This document shows, one piece after another, positions 1-12,608 of a stretch of DNA of 64,000 bases (its first letter is position 1; each line of letters starts with the position of its first letter). The translations under genes and the position numbers were made by a program. Under the pieces are notes generated by a model, which did not search any database, was not told the DNA's origin, and saw only the letters and a list, made by a program, of their open reading frames with translations. The stretch is from Marsupella aquatica (lineage: Eukaryota > Plantae > Marchantiophyta): NCBI GenBank assembly GCA_973895155.1, contig OZ316893.1, forward strand, positions 18,445,836 through 18,509,835, in the 5' to 3' direction.

Positions 1-626
1 CCGACTCTACATAAAAAAATACTCATTTGTGACAGCGCGCTAAACCATGCTCGCCTCTTTTCAATTTCCTGCCGTGGCCCGTATCACTGCAGTCGGATGA
101 GATTGAGAACAGAGGACCCTTCGTCAGCTCATCGTCACAATTGCCGAGTCGTGTAATAAGTCCAACTTCGAAAGAGAAGCTGCTTGACCAGCAGCAGCCA
201 TGTATCTTTCTGCACCAGAGATATATGGATTGCTATGACTCATCGTTTTTCCTACTTTCGGCTAGAAAGTAAGCACATGACAAATCTTTCGTACACGCGG
301 ATGCCTGACGCGCCCCCACGTAAGAGGTTGTGCTCAATATGGGTCGTCCTCTTCTTCCTAAGGGCTAGCTTCCATGCAGCCAGGATTGCAGCGAATAAGG
401 ATTAAGTCCGCTCCCAGGGTCACCACTGACGCAGCAGATGACAGGGCAGGCAATTCTTGGGCGCAGATGCACCGTCCCCAACCATAGCCACCACTCCCGG
501 GTTGCAAACGGCCCTTAAAAGCACACAGAGAGAGCAAAGAGGGAAAAATTCCTGTTGGGAGGGGAAAAAATTTTCTTAGAGTTAAAAACCAAACTTCACT
601 AGCAAATTTAGTATCTAGTTAGCCAA

Positions 627-716
627 AACCTGGTTAGCAAAACCCCGTTGGGGTACAACCTGGTTAGCAAAACCCAGTTGGGGTACAACCTGGTTAGCAA
701 AACCCAGTTGGGGTAC
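627..716. repeat. 30-bp tandem repeat x3 (AACCTGGTTAGCAAAACCCAGTTGGGGTAC)
   Basis: Three consecutive near-identical units read directly; one mismatch in the first unit. Confidence 0.9.
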
Positions 717-1049
717 TTCTCTTATGGCTAGCAAGCTCGATCCCTTATGTCTAAGTAGCAAACTTGCTGACTATATGTGTTGAGCAAAGACATGACTTGC
801 AATGGCATGCACATGACTATCCAACAAACAAGTGTTCACCATAGCCAGGGCAATCAGGCATTGGCAGTGTAGGGGTTTGCTGAATTCAAAGGAGACTGGC
901 TCCGGAAATATATGAAATTTGCTGAAGGCTTGTCCAAACAAATTTTTGCATTTGGCAAAAAACTTAAGCTAAATGTCAACCAGATTTGTGGAGCTAAAGT
1001 ATTTCAACTCCAAGATTACCCAAAGTAACGTATTAACAATAACCCCTGT

Positions 1050-1427
1050 TGTGCGCATACACATCGCTACACAACATACATCGCTTGTCACATATATCCA
1101 CACGTAGTCACACTACCACATCACAAACAAAAGAGAATGGAATACAAATGAAACTCATCCACACATGTCCAAAACCCACAATAATCTCAATAGAATCCGA
1201 ACAACGATCGACGCCAACAATACGCACTTAATCCCATCCGATCCGATCACACACATATGTCGAGCCAACGCACCTTGCACTCAAGGAATTCACGCTACAT
1301 AGAGAGAGCTCTCAGCCACTATAGCCACCACACAAGCTCCCCTCTCCAAGGCTCATATAGCACACATACCAAACATACGGATCTAGATAGTACGATACAC
1401 TCTAACACTACCTAGAATGGCGTGACA
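1050..1427 (-). mobile_element. LTR-like terminal fragment (probable Gypsy LTR 5' end)
   Basis: 1211-1427 is closely similar to 8251-8468 and both stop at the same base, reading TGTCAC(G/A)CCATTCTAGG on the minus strand (TG start typical of an LTR). 1050-1178 is also duplicated at 1434-1563. Confidence 0.55.
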
Positions 1428-1649
1428 ACTATCGTGCGCATACACATCGCTACACAACATACATTGCTTGTCACATACATCCACACATAGTCACACTGCC
1501 ACATCACAAACACAAGAGAATGGAATACAAGTGGAACTCATGTCCACACATGTCCAAAACCCATAATCGCCCCCTAGCTGGGAGTAAGGTCCCCTAACTC
1601 TAGCTAGCCATTGTCGTCGGGATGGGAAATAGAGGAAAGGAAGTGAAGG

Positions 1650-4150
1650 CGTTATTTTTGAGTTGAAAATATTTGGTGAAGGGATTCAGTTTGGGTGTGC
1701 GTTTTGTTGTTTTGGAGAAAGTTCAAAAAGACAAAAGAGGAATAAAACAAGTGAAAGTTGAAGCTTAGACTTAAGGAAATAGAGACAATTAATGCGGTTG
1801 AGACATGTGGCATCCTGAGAGCACATTCCATAAGGGTCAGATTCAAAGTGAGACACGAGGAGGAGAATCGGGAGGAAAAATAACGGCCGATCGAAGACGG
1901 ACGTTAGAAAAAAGTTCGCAAGGAGAAGACAAAAAAAAATATGAGGCGCTATGGAGAGCTCGGGGATGAATAGGTGAGATTCAGCAGAAAGGGAATGTTG
2001 TTGTAGTGTGGAGGTCTGGAGATTTTTTTCGAGTGGCGGAGGCGTCGGTGGTCATTACTCGTCTGGTCGTGACTGCTATGAAAGGAACGGGAGGTGATCG
2101 TTACAGTGGAGAAAGTGGGTGATGAGATTCGGCGATAGAATGAAGGGACGTTCGTGGAAAGCATGGTAAAGATAAATTTTCGCAGGAAGGAAAGGAAAGG
2201 AGTGAATGGAAGAATGGAGAAATGCTGACGCGCGTGATCGGATTTGCGAGCTTTCGAGTAAAGGGGACTTCAGGATCGAAGAGGATGGAAAGCAAAAACG
2301 GAACGAGTGAATGAACGTAGGAGGATATGGAGAGATGAAGAATTGAGGCAGTGGCGAGGATCAGAAAGTGAAGAAATAAAGCTGGAAAATGAGAGCTTTC
2401 GGTAGATTCTTCGAGTGAGAAAAGAACAGATGGCCGATTGTTAGAACGGGAAGAAAGGGAGATGAGCAACAAGAGGGCGATCAGGATCAAGCGAGGGAAA
2501 GCAGAAAGCAAGGCGAAACAAATGACATGGAAGGATAGTTCACAAGGAATTGAAGTGGAGAGAAAGGGGATTGGAGGAAGCGATGTGCGTGCATGAGTTA
2601 AGTTTTTCTTCTCTTCTTGCGAATCGACAGTGGTAGGAGCAGGGACGAGGACGGTAAAGGAGAAGTAAGGTTCAATTCAAACGCTACTATCTCAGTTTCG
2701 CTGAAGAGAGATTCTACGGTGAATGAACAGAGGTTTGATGTGAACCCAACTGAGTGAAGTTTTGCTCGATCGGATCGCTAGTCGCGCTGGAGCAGGAAGG
2801 GGTGATCTCGTGACAGAAGGTACATGGGAGCAAATGTAGTGACTGAAGAAAACGATGATGATGGTGAGTTGAAGTAGGAATGAGATGTTTGTCGAGGAGT
2901 ATCCAAGAGAAGAAATGAATCTAAAGTCGAAAAACATTCAGGATTTATCACGAGAAGGCAGTTGTAACAGACAGATGAATTCTGAAAACAGCGTCACGGA
3001 ATAACAGAGTCTGAGCAGCATCACGAAGAGCTTTTGAAAGAGCAAGAGAATTGAGGGAGGGTAAACACTTACGTTCGAGCAACCCAGGCGAGCAAAGAGT
3101 AAGATCCAGCCAAAGCATACGAGATTGAAGTAAGAGAAGATTAGAACAGAGAAAAGCTTCTCGGTTTCGAGTGTTCTGAACGAAGCTCAGAAGTGTGTAT
3201 ACAGAGAGATCGAACCATCAGAAGGGAAAATGCAAAATGAGGATACTTTTGAGAAAAATGACAAGTGTTTGCTAAGAAATAAAAAGAGGTTTTCGGATGC
3301 AAGGATGATAAGTGATGAGAAAGGAACTCGATCATTTTAAAGTGAAAAGTACTAGAGATTTGAAGCTCTTTGACTGGAAAGGAGTAAATGTGATATGGAC
3401 TGTGAAATAAAGGTTGAAGCATTGACTAAATACAGGAGAACCAGAGAAGCTGAAAACCTATTCTTAAAGTAAGGAGGTGCAAAAGGAGAAATAAGACTTA
3501 AGAGGTGGAGAGCCATGGCTGATATTTAAAACTTAATGAGAACCCAGGAATAAGGAAGTTAACTGCATTCGACGAGTGGAACCCGGTGATTGGATCCATC
3601 TTTAGGTTAGGGATAGGCCGTTGCCATGGGGTATGAGGATAGCGGCCGTAGGTTCTTTTTGCTATGGGACTGGAAACTTGAAGAGAGAAGGAAGAAGAGC
3701 CAAGAAGAAGAGTGTAAGAGGAGCGACGACGTGAAGGAAGCTCGGCGGAGACTAAAATTGTGTCCAACATGTTTGGGGGAAACCATCGATGAGCTTGAGG
3801 CCGAGACCTGACCTGATGATTGAGTTGAGTTTAGTGGAGAAACCTGAGTTAGGAGATGAGCCACCGAAAAACACTTTTGTAAACCCGAACCAAACTTCAT
3901 ATTTTTTTAAATGATTGAAATAAAAAGTTGAGTTTGGATTATTTTATGTGATCGAAATGATGAAATGCTCTTGTGGTAAAAATGTTTAATTGTTATGGAA
4001 ATGTGAGTGATGCATCGAATTTAGATGTAAGTAGAAATTTAGTGTTTTAAGTTAAAATAGCTTAGTGTAATTTTGTATTTAAAATGGAAACTGATTAGGA
4101 TTAAGAAAGATTAAACCAACTTAAGAAAATACTATGTAAAATCCAAGTCC
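1650..4150. repeat. Purine-rich dispersed repeat unit, copy 1 (boundaries approximate)
   Basis: Blocks at 1726-1830 and 3568-3850 match 5195-5305/6681-6963 and 61861-61980/63977-64000; 2220-2285 matches 62335-62400. Confidence 0.7.
3626..3811 (+). CDS. Small conserved ORF (61 aa; FFLLWDWK, charged stretch, CxxC), unknown function
   Basis: Homolog at 6739-6921 (MGFEASGRKFFLLWDWK...AQRRMKLCSECQGVTIDD, one in-frame TGA) differs mostly at synonymous sites in the conserved part. Confidence 0.5.
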   Translation: MGYEDSGRRFFLLWDWKLEERRKKSQEEECKRSDDVKEARRRLKLCPTCLGETIDELEAET

Positions 4151-4189
4151 CTAAAAGTATTAAAAAGTCTACTTTTATATCGCTTTAAA

Positions 4190-4300
4190 CTGGTCCCCGG
4201 ACAACGTATCAAACTTCTGGATGAAGTCATCCAAATCAATCATACCAACTGCACCAGAGTATCGTCGTGGGCCCTTAATTTGTAGCCCCATACATCTCTT
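4190..4300 (-). pseudogene. Possible Gypsy gag N-terminal relic
   Basis: Minus strand reads IKGPRRYSGAVGMIDLDDFIQKFDT, resembling retrotransposon gag N-termini; short and degenerate. Confidence 0.3.
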
Positions 4301-5089
4301 CCATATTCCACAACAAAGGTGCAATCACTTGATGACAAGGAGAACTGGTCATAGAGTCTTTGTCAGAATCATTGTCTGAAGCTGTGCTGCTGACTGCTAC
4401 CAATGTCACTGGCCAAAACTGCGCCCCACTCCAAGTGAAACCGGTTTGTCATCCATTGGGTAGCCCAGCAGCACCAAAAGAATCTGTGGTGACCAACCTA
4501 ACATAATATATGTGCTAACCCTAAGGGCAATCTGTCCCTGTCAGCAACACAAGCACTCACCATGGTGTGTTGGACATCACTCCAACATCACCAGGAGAGA
4601 AATACATAGCACAACTAGAATGTCCGGTTGTAAACCCGGATCACTCCTATAGAACCAAGCGCCCACGCCAAACTAACATGGCACATAAACAGGAAGCATG
4701 TGTGGAGAGGATCCAACAACAAGAAGCAGAATTACCACAACTCTCCACACCAATCAATCAGAAATACGTGAAAATAATATTCATATAGTTCAATGTAGGG
4801 CCTTCATAATAGGCCTCAAGAATCCCGCGTCAAATATTCAAGAATTCATCGCAAACTAGTTCAAATAGAGTAGCTAGATGAATTCAAAAGTGCATAAAAC
4901 CACTAGGGTCTCATTCCTTGGATATCAAATGTGGAAGGAAGCATGTACAATGCACCACATAAGAACTAGCTAGTTAAGCGCATGAGGGGATGAACAGTTT
5001 TGGGATGGGTGACTTCTCACTTGTCATTATGCACCAAATCTGACACTCAAAATTGTAACACTTGTAAGTTCTCCTCACGTTGTCATGAC

Positions 5090-7400
5090 TGAAAATGAAG
5101 GGGGAAAAGAAAATGCCTTGTTTCTGAATTGGAGTTGCTTGAAGTTGGTTTGTGTTTTTTGAAAAGGGATTTTGTTTGTGAAGTACTGCAATAGGACAGA
5201 AGAGAAATAAAGTAAGAAGGATTTAGCTTAGGCTTAAAGGATTTATGGCAAATTTTGTGGTTGTGACACGTGGCATCCTGTGTGCGCCCGATTCATAAGG
5301 GGCAGTTTTGAGTTGGTGCGGGATGGAGGTTTGGGAGGAAGGGGAGTGAAACGGCTGATTGTGAGGGAGTGTTTGGTTGTTGTTTTTTTTTGTCTTTGGG
5401 TGAACAAGGAGGGGGCACGGAAAATGAGGTTGGGGTCCGAGAAGGAATTTTGAGCTTGGTGATCGCAAATGCTGTGAGAAGTATGTTTTTTTTTAGTGAT
5501 TGATGGCAGAGTCGACAAAGTCGTGGATGCTGTGGGAGTTTTTTATTTATTTTAGTTGTACAAAGCGGAACAAGGCAATGTGGCTTCAGGGTGAAGCAAA
5601 CAAATTGAAAGTGTAAGCTGAAGTGCGCGATAGAGTTTTTTTTGGAAGAAGAAAGTAAAATTGCCGAAGATGGTGTGCGATCGTAGTTGTTTATTGACAA
5701 AGTCTGCTCTCAGACAAAACAGGCAAATGACAAGCGGAAAGCTATGATGAATGCAAAAGCTGAGAGTTACAGAAAGAACGATGAATGATTTTCTTTGGAG
5801 TTGTTCAGAGAAGAGTTGAATTCGGAAATAACATTAGAAGAATCCTGGATCCAGACGAAATTCAAAATGTGAAGGACGACATTGTTGTTGATCGTGTGAG
5901 GAAGGGAGAGAACAATTAGGAATTTCAGGAAGCCAAGAGAGATTGAAGAAAGAGACGACAGTGTTGTGGTGATCTGAGAAAAGAAGGATGTGCATTGACA
6001 GTAAGAGAACTGATGACAGGAGATGTGTGCATTGATAAAATTATGATGGTGTGAAGAGGTAGGCGTCGCGGATGTTAAGAAAGGCGAGGGAATAAGAAGA
6101 AAAGAAAGTAACAAGAAGTAGAGTGGGATGCTGAGAGCGGATGGAGGCATACAGAAATAAGGAATTGGAATTGCGCTAAAGGCTTTCAGTAGAAAAGGGC
6201 CATGACAGGCAAGTCAATTGAGGTTGTGAGACAAATCTCCTTATTGAAGCTCGAAGGTGGAATGTTAATTAATAACACAATTGAAGGAGGAGCAGAACGA
6301 TGTCATGGAAAGTAGATACCTTGGAAATACTGCATGCGACAAAAAAGAAAGCAATCAGAGACTGAGGAATGCGAGCATTCTATGGAGGAGAATGGAAGAG
6401 GTCTGACAAGGAACTTTGGTTGTAAAGGCTAATTGTGCGGTGAGATTGAGTGCTAATGAGTGAGTTCTAAAGAATCAATGGAGGAGTAATCCAAGTACAA
6501 ACAACAGTGAAGATGACAAAGTGGAAGACCTGAGAGGATGTCGACGACTCTGTGAAGGAAGAAAAGTATATTTATGATATTAGTAAGGAAGTTTAGATTG
6601 GAAATATGGGTCACGGAATTTTTTTACACTTGATGTTTTGGGGCTTTAATGGAGTATATGAAGTAAGAAAATTGTGTTCTTTTGATGAGTGGAACCCGGT
6701 GATTGGGTCAATTTTTAGATTAGGCACTGTTTGCTACCATGGGGTTTGAGGCTTCTGGTCGGAAGTTTTTTTTACTATGGGATTGGAAAATCGAGAAGAG
6801 GGGAAAAGGAGGACTACAAGAAGAAGCTTGAGAAGAGGAAAAGAAAAACAAAGATAAGAGGGAAGCACAACGACGAATGAAGCTTTGTAGCGAGTGCCAA
6901 GGCGTGACTATCGACGACTGACCTGACTGCCTGAGCTGGACCTGAGCTTAAGAAACCTGAGTTGAGGGAATGGAAAACTAGAGTTAGAGAAGACTTCTCA
7001 AGAAAATTGATGTAACTTTTACCCCAAAAACTTTATTGAAATAAAGTGATTATGATTCAAGTTCATTTAAAGTTGAGAGTAAGAAATGTGATTTTCTTGA
7101 GTTAGGACTTAAGTGCATGTAAAAAGAAGTATAAATGAGTGAATTGAATTAAAAAGATGAGTTCAATTAGGATCAAGTATGGTATTAAAGTGAAAGTTGA
7201 TTATGAATTAAGAAAAACTAAGTTAAATTTAGGTTAGAAGAAAGGATCATTCCTTGAACTTTGACTAAGACAAAAATTGAAATAAATTAGAATAATTAAA
7301 TAAATAAAATAAACCCTTGTTTAGTACTTGAATAGTAAAGATGAAATCTAAGTGGATGTTAGTATGTGATTTGGATATTTTTGAATTTAAACATGAAGCG
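5090..7400. repeat. Purine-rich dispersed repeat unit, copy 2 (boundaries approximate)
   Basis: Same left block (contains GACACGTGGC, an ABRE/G-box, at ~5265-5274) and same right peptide block as copy 1, followed by an AT-rich tail. Confidence 0.7.
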
Positions 7401-8250
7401 AGAAGTGATCTAGAGAGTCCCTAGAGCATTAGCAGAAACCCTTTTCTACACCGCTATAAACGGTTTCCTGGATAACGTACCAGCAAGCTGGCTTGCTGGC
7501 CCGCCCGCTCCTGCTCCGCCCTCACGCCCCTCGTCCCGAGTTGCCTCAAAATGCCGAGATGAGCCAAAGAGTGAGCCCTTCACGCTTGCTACGTCGGGCT
7601 CCGTTTGGATTCGGCAACATCTGCATTCTATTTCTTCACGGAAAATGCAGGCAGTGTCGTTGCGCGATTCAGCAACATCTGCGGATTTTTCCCTTGCAAA
7701 AACAGCAGATCGGCCCAATAGATCTGCATACGATGAAGACTCAGGCCCAATAGATCCGCATACGATGAGGGCCCAAGATCGGCCCTCATAGATCCGCAGC
7801 GTACAATGGCAGATCTATCAACATCCACACTCAACAGGCCCGATCTATCAACATCCGCACCTCAATAGGTCTGATCTACTTCACAAAACTGCGAACAGCA
7901 GCATACTATCCCGTCAAATGGCAGCACAGATCCCAGATCGACACACTGTCTCCTTGCAAATCTGGCAAAATGTTGAGCAATCTGTGAGCTCCAACGATCT
8001 GCGATCTATCTTCTCCAAACAACCCGCATTTGCCAACTTGGCAACAAAACACAGACTGCAGCAGATCAAAAGACTAACGATCTACTCAATGCGATCCAAG
8101 CTACCATGGATCCATGCAGCAAATCCAAATGATTTCCACAAACCGTTGCCAACTTGATCGACACAAAACAAACTTCTGTTTGCACAGTCCGCACAACAGA
8201 TTTTGAATCTGATCTTTCAATGTAATCTAATTAGAATCTGAACAACAATC

Positions 8251-8468
8251 AATGCCAATAATACGCACTCAATCCCGTCCGATCCGATCACACACATATA
8301 TCGAGCCAACGCACCTTGCACTCAAGGAATCCACGCTACATAGAGAGAGCTCGCAGCCACCATAGCCACCACACAAGCTCCCCTCTCCAAGGCTCATATA
8401 GCACACATATCAAACATACAGATCTAGACAATACGATACACTCTAACATTACCTAGAATGGTGTGACA
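8251..8468 (-). mobile_element. LTR-like terminal fragment, second copy
   Basis: Closely similar to 1211-1427 with the same terminus (TGTCACACC on minus). Confidence 0.55.
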
Positions 8469-8691
8469 CCCCACAAATAAAATCAGCCAAGTTCACTCCT
8501 TACTCCAATGCCAGTCCTGAATATCATGCTCCCTGAGTATGTTGCTCACACCAGACTATCTTATGGTAATGATCAAGGTTAGGGAGACTAGCCCGTCCAA
8601 CCTTCTCATCCTCCACAATCTCCTCTGACCTTGGCATCAGGTGCAATCGCCAATTCTTGCCTTAGTTCCCTGGGAACCTCTTGTATTGGAT

Positions 8692-10413
8692 ATGGTAATG
8701 GTAATGTATTATAAGCTCCTAGACCGTAAAAGTCAAAGGAGCTGGGACAAAAAAGAAAGTATGATGCAAAGAAATGAGCAATCAAAAAAACTGCTCAAAA
8801 GATGGTCAATATGTCCCTCATATTCCCAAGTCTCCGTGAAAAGCAAGATGTCAAAATTCTCAAACAAAGGTTCCCCTCCAATTGCTGTTTCTATGGAAAG
8901 TCCTGAAACATTCCATGCCATGACTCTCAAGGTCCCGATCCATCATTTAGAAACAACTCTCTTCTTATTGGTAACAACAGCTTGTCCATTGCGCAAGTAG
9001 GCTACCAATCCTTGGTCTTTGGCTACCCTCACCTTCTCAAGCTCAATTTTCCTTGCTTGGACTTGTGTGGGAGTCAGATCATCATCCAACCAAATCCTTA
9101 GCCCTTTAAGCATGCTCCTGTTAGCCATCACTCTAGCTTTCTCGGATTCAGCTGCAAACTTCACCAAGATTGGACGTGGAAGGTCCCCCTTCTTTTGCCC
9201 AATCCTATATGCTTGCAAAATGATAGGGTCATGCACTTTCATCTGAGATTGGAAGAATGAAATTGCTACCTTCTTGGTGTCTTCCTTCTCCTCCTCAACA
9301 AAGCCTGATATTTTGCAGTTGCTGACTCTTGCATGCTGGTTCTTGTGTTCTTCCTCTAGTGCTCTCCTCTCCTCCTCCTTGGCTTGGACAAATTCCATAT
9401 GTGATTGTTTTGCAGCCTGTGCAAAGGTTTTGAGCTTCTCCTCAATCTCCCCTACAGCCTCATGTATCACTGATTTCTTTGGGCACATACTCTTCTCCAT
9501 GTCTCCAAAACACGATGCAAGCAATGAGAGTTGCTTACCATTCTCCTGAGTTTGAGATCGAAGATCACTTATCAACCTCTTTTGCTTGACATTCTCATTC
9601 TTTAGCTCCGTCACCTCCTTGCTGAGTGTGGTAATCTCAATTGCGGAGTTTTTAGCCACAACTAGGATTTTCTCAAGCAAAGCCTTGAGATGGGCAATCT
9701 CCTCCGTTGCCATCACAAAGCTGAAATTGTTGTTAGAATGTACTCTTAGATGACAAATAGAAATTGGGAGCAATAGAGGATGTCAGTTGCAGCTCTACCT
9801 TTGCTTGTGATACACTCTCGCTGTTTGCAACACTCTGGCAAAATCTGAGCTCAAACCGCAGCCGATTGCCCTTCCAACTCGAAGTGAAATTTCGCCCAAG
9901 CTCAGAATCCTGAAACTGAACACGTAGCAGATCGTGCATGCTAAAGTGCATACCAAATGATGTCGGTTGCAGCTCTAACTTTGCCAGTGATACATTCTCG
10001 CTGTTTCCAATGCTCTGGCAAAGTCTGAGCTTAAACTGCAGCCAATTTCCCTTCCAACTCGAAGTGAAATTTCACCCCAAACTCAGAATTGCGAAACTGG
10101 AGACGTAACAGATCGTGCATGCTAAAGTGCATATCAAACGATGTCGGTTGCAGCTCTAACTTTGTCAGTGATACATTCTTGCTGTTTCCAATGCTCTGGA
10201 AAAATCTGAGCTCAAACCGCAGCCGATTGCCCTTCCAGCTCGAAGTGAAATTTCGCCCCAAGCTCAGAATCGCGAAACTGGAGACGTAGCAGATCGCACA
10301 TGCTAAAGTGCATACCAAACGATGTCGGTTGCAGCTCTAACTTTGCCAGTGATACATTCTCGCTGTTTCCAATGCTCTGGCAGAGTCTGAGCTTAAACCG
10401 CAGCCAATTTCCC
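8692..10413 (-). mobile_element. RTEX-like LINE, internally deleted (5' monomers + intact ORF1 + ~40 codons of ORF2 fused to a diverged 3' end)
   Basis: (CATTAC)n tail at 8692-8706; 3' UTR joined at ~8813-8820 (TCCCTCA) directly to the ORF2 N-terminus; ~3.5 monomers at 9780-10413. Confidence 0.9.
8943..9713 (-). CDS. LINE ORF1 protein (coiled coil + RRM-like/CTD region), 256 aa, intact
   Basis: Open from ATG at 9713; coiled-coil N-half; RPILVKF and IWLDDDLT motifs typical of LINE ORF1 RNA-binding regions; sits directly upstream of the endonuclease start. Confidence 0.85.
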   Translation of the reverse strand: MATEEIAHLKALLEKILVVAKNSAIEITTLSKEVTELKNENVKQKRLISDLRSQTQENGKQLSLLASCFGDMEKSMCPKKSVIHEAVGEIEEKLKTFAQAAKQSHMEFVQAKEEERRALEEEHKNQHARVSNCKISGFVEEEKEDTKKVAISFFQSQMKVHDPIILQAYRIGQKKGDLPRPILVKFAAESEKARVMANRSMLKGLRIWLDDDLTPTQVQARKIELEKVRVAKDQGLVAYLRNGQAVVTNKKRVVSK

Positions 10414-10513
10414 CGGCGATTAGTGACTGTAACATAATAGTTTTCCCAGTTGTGTCCTTTCCCCGGCGATTGCTGACGTTCGTTTCATTATTTACTTTGT
10501 GGGATCGGCGCAG

Positions 10514-11954
10514 ACATGTGGATACGAGACGAGAGGAGAGCAGTGGCGAGGAATAATCAGGATACAAACAACTCGCTTGAGTCATACCACGCCATCCTCA
10601 AGTCCATTATTTTCCCAAGGAAACGGAATCTTGACAAAAAAAGGGTCGATGAGTTGTGTGACACCCTCCACAATGACGTAGGCATACATTTTTGGTACAA
10701 GGCTAAAAAGAAGGCCAGGGGTCTGGTTAGCAACAAAAAGAAGGATATGTATGTAATGAACGTGATCATGAAGGTGAGGAATATGGACGTCAAGTCAGTG
10801 GAATGGCCTCCTGCTCCGTTGTCGCTCTACGACAACGGCATTGGTAAAGTCCGTATCGAGGAATGTGGTATACCGTGTCCATTGGAGGAATGACGTCAAT
10901 TCCTGCCAGTGCTATTGGTCTTTGCAAGGCAACTATTGCAAGCACCAGGTAATTCACATGAATTTGGATAGCGATGTTAATGTGTTTACGGTTTAAATAC
11001 CCCTAACCTGTTCATGTGTTGAAGGACTACGTACCTCTAACGTTGTCATGCGTTTGCTGTAGGTCCTCGTGCTGCGTGTGCTTGGGTACTCAGAGACGAA
11101 CATCCGAGTAGCTTTGGGATTGAGATATGGCGGTATCCGTGGTGGCATGTCTGAGTTATTGCAATTGGGCATTACCATTGATCTCAATGAACCCGCCTCT
11201 GAAAATTTGCCTCTCGATGTGCATGACCCTCTGTCATTTGACAATTCTGACGTTGGTGACGCCTTCCCACCCTACCCCACGGAGGTTGTGCCCTTGCCTG
11301 TACCACGTGGTAGGTTGTGCTAGACCCAACAACTATTACTAATGTTCATTGTTTTATTGAAGTATAAAATTAAGTTCCTCTCACATGTACTCAGTTCCAC
11401 ATAAAGTCTAATTGGCTCATCATGCAATGCAGATTCCAACATGTTACCGTCGACAGATTGTGACAAAGTAAACGGCGAGTACGAGATGCAATTGAAGGAA
11501 ATTCAGGGGTTACGTCCTCATGAACCCGGCATTGAAGGCTCTTGTTGCCCACGAGTTGAGAGCAGTCAATGGTAGACTGAAAGATACCCGCCTCATCCTT
11601 ACAGATCCTGACTCTGTTCTTCCACCCGGACACATTTGGAGGAGACTGGCCCCTCGGTGCTCTCACACCCCTCTGCGAATGAAAAGTTGGGTTGAGAAGA
11701 TGTGTGGCAATATGCGGAAAGCGTCGAGGACCCAGTCCACTCGTCTAGGTGAGCGATACATGCCCTATAGAAGAGTGTCAGACCAGCAGAATCCTGGTTA
11801 TGAACCGTCCAATTTCCGTTTTCGGCCAAGGAAGGGCAAGCAGAAGTGCAAGGACAAATATAATCTTAGGAGACATTTCCTTCAGGCTAGTGCCAACAGG
11901 GATAAGCGACGGAACAAACACTTTGCTTCGGAATTCCCAGATATGAATGAATAG
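10514..11954 (+). pseudogene. Mutator-like (MULE) transposase 3' part with SWIM zinc finger
   Basis: TNNSLESYHAILKS (third catalytic E motif of MULE DDE), then SCQCYWSLQGNYCKHQ (SWIM CxC..CxH), a GT..AG intron (~10949-11061) and a basic C-terminal region; frameshifted and 5' part missing. Confidence 0.8.
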
Positions 11955-12296
11955 TGTTTAGCTGCAGTGTCACCCACAATTTTGTCAATTCCAATTGTAA
12001 TTTTCTCCGTGCATACTTTCTGAAATTGTTAAGGGGCCCATTTTGGTTTCCATCACAGTTTCACATATGTATATGTATAATCTTACTTGGGTGTTTTTAT
12101 GAATATGAACACGGATGGTCTATGAAGGAAAAATAGCGCAAAATATTGTCGTGTTGCCCGTGGCAGCCGAGGTGCCATCCTCATCTCTCGGTTTTGCATG
12201 GACTAACTCCCGGGTTTAGGGTGTCCTCCTCGTCTCTTGGTTGGGCCATCTCCATACCATAATAGTGATATAAAGATACAGGTATCACTGAGCTTG

Positions 12297-12608
12297 GGTA
12301 ATGGTAATGGTAATGGTAATGTATTATAAGCTCCGGGACCATGAAAGTCAAAGGAGCTGCCACAAAAAGTAAAGTACAATGCAATCAAAGAAAAGAGCAA
12401 CCAAAAGAGATTGCTCAGAAGAGGACAACTATGTCCTCAAAGAAACTATGGACCTAGAGAGCCCTATGGACCTAGAGAGCCCTGAAAGATTTTCCAAACC
12501 TATTCTCCTTTCCCTATCCACCGCAAAGATATATCTTCCAAGTTGCTGAGGGGGCAGACCAAACAATGCATACAAATCTTTCACCAAGATTTGAGATGCC
12601 ATCCTAAC
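12297..12608 (-). mobile_element. RTEX-like LINE, 5'-truncated 3' fragment
   Basis: Tail plus ~290 bp near-identical to 19150-19446; carries an 18-bp tandem duplication (CTATGGACCTAGAGAGCC). Confidence 0.95.

Noticed and set aside
5010-5050. PBS and LTR end defining a 3.4-kb LTR from 5041 to 8468
   Set aside because: Only ~7 nt resemble a tRNA 3' complement and there is no second full LTR or TSD to confirm it.
12140-12190. Helitron-like 3' end (similar GGTGCCATC stretch at 36285-36325)
   Set aside because: No convincing hairpin followed by CTRR and no Rep/helicase remnant; the resemblance between the two sites is too short.
12181-12400. HYHYHY / LPLPLP peptides and recurrent MLFSLIALYFTF ORFs
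   Set aside because: They are translations of the LINE 3' UTR and (CATTAC)n tail.
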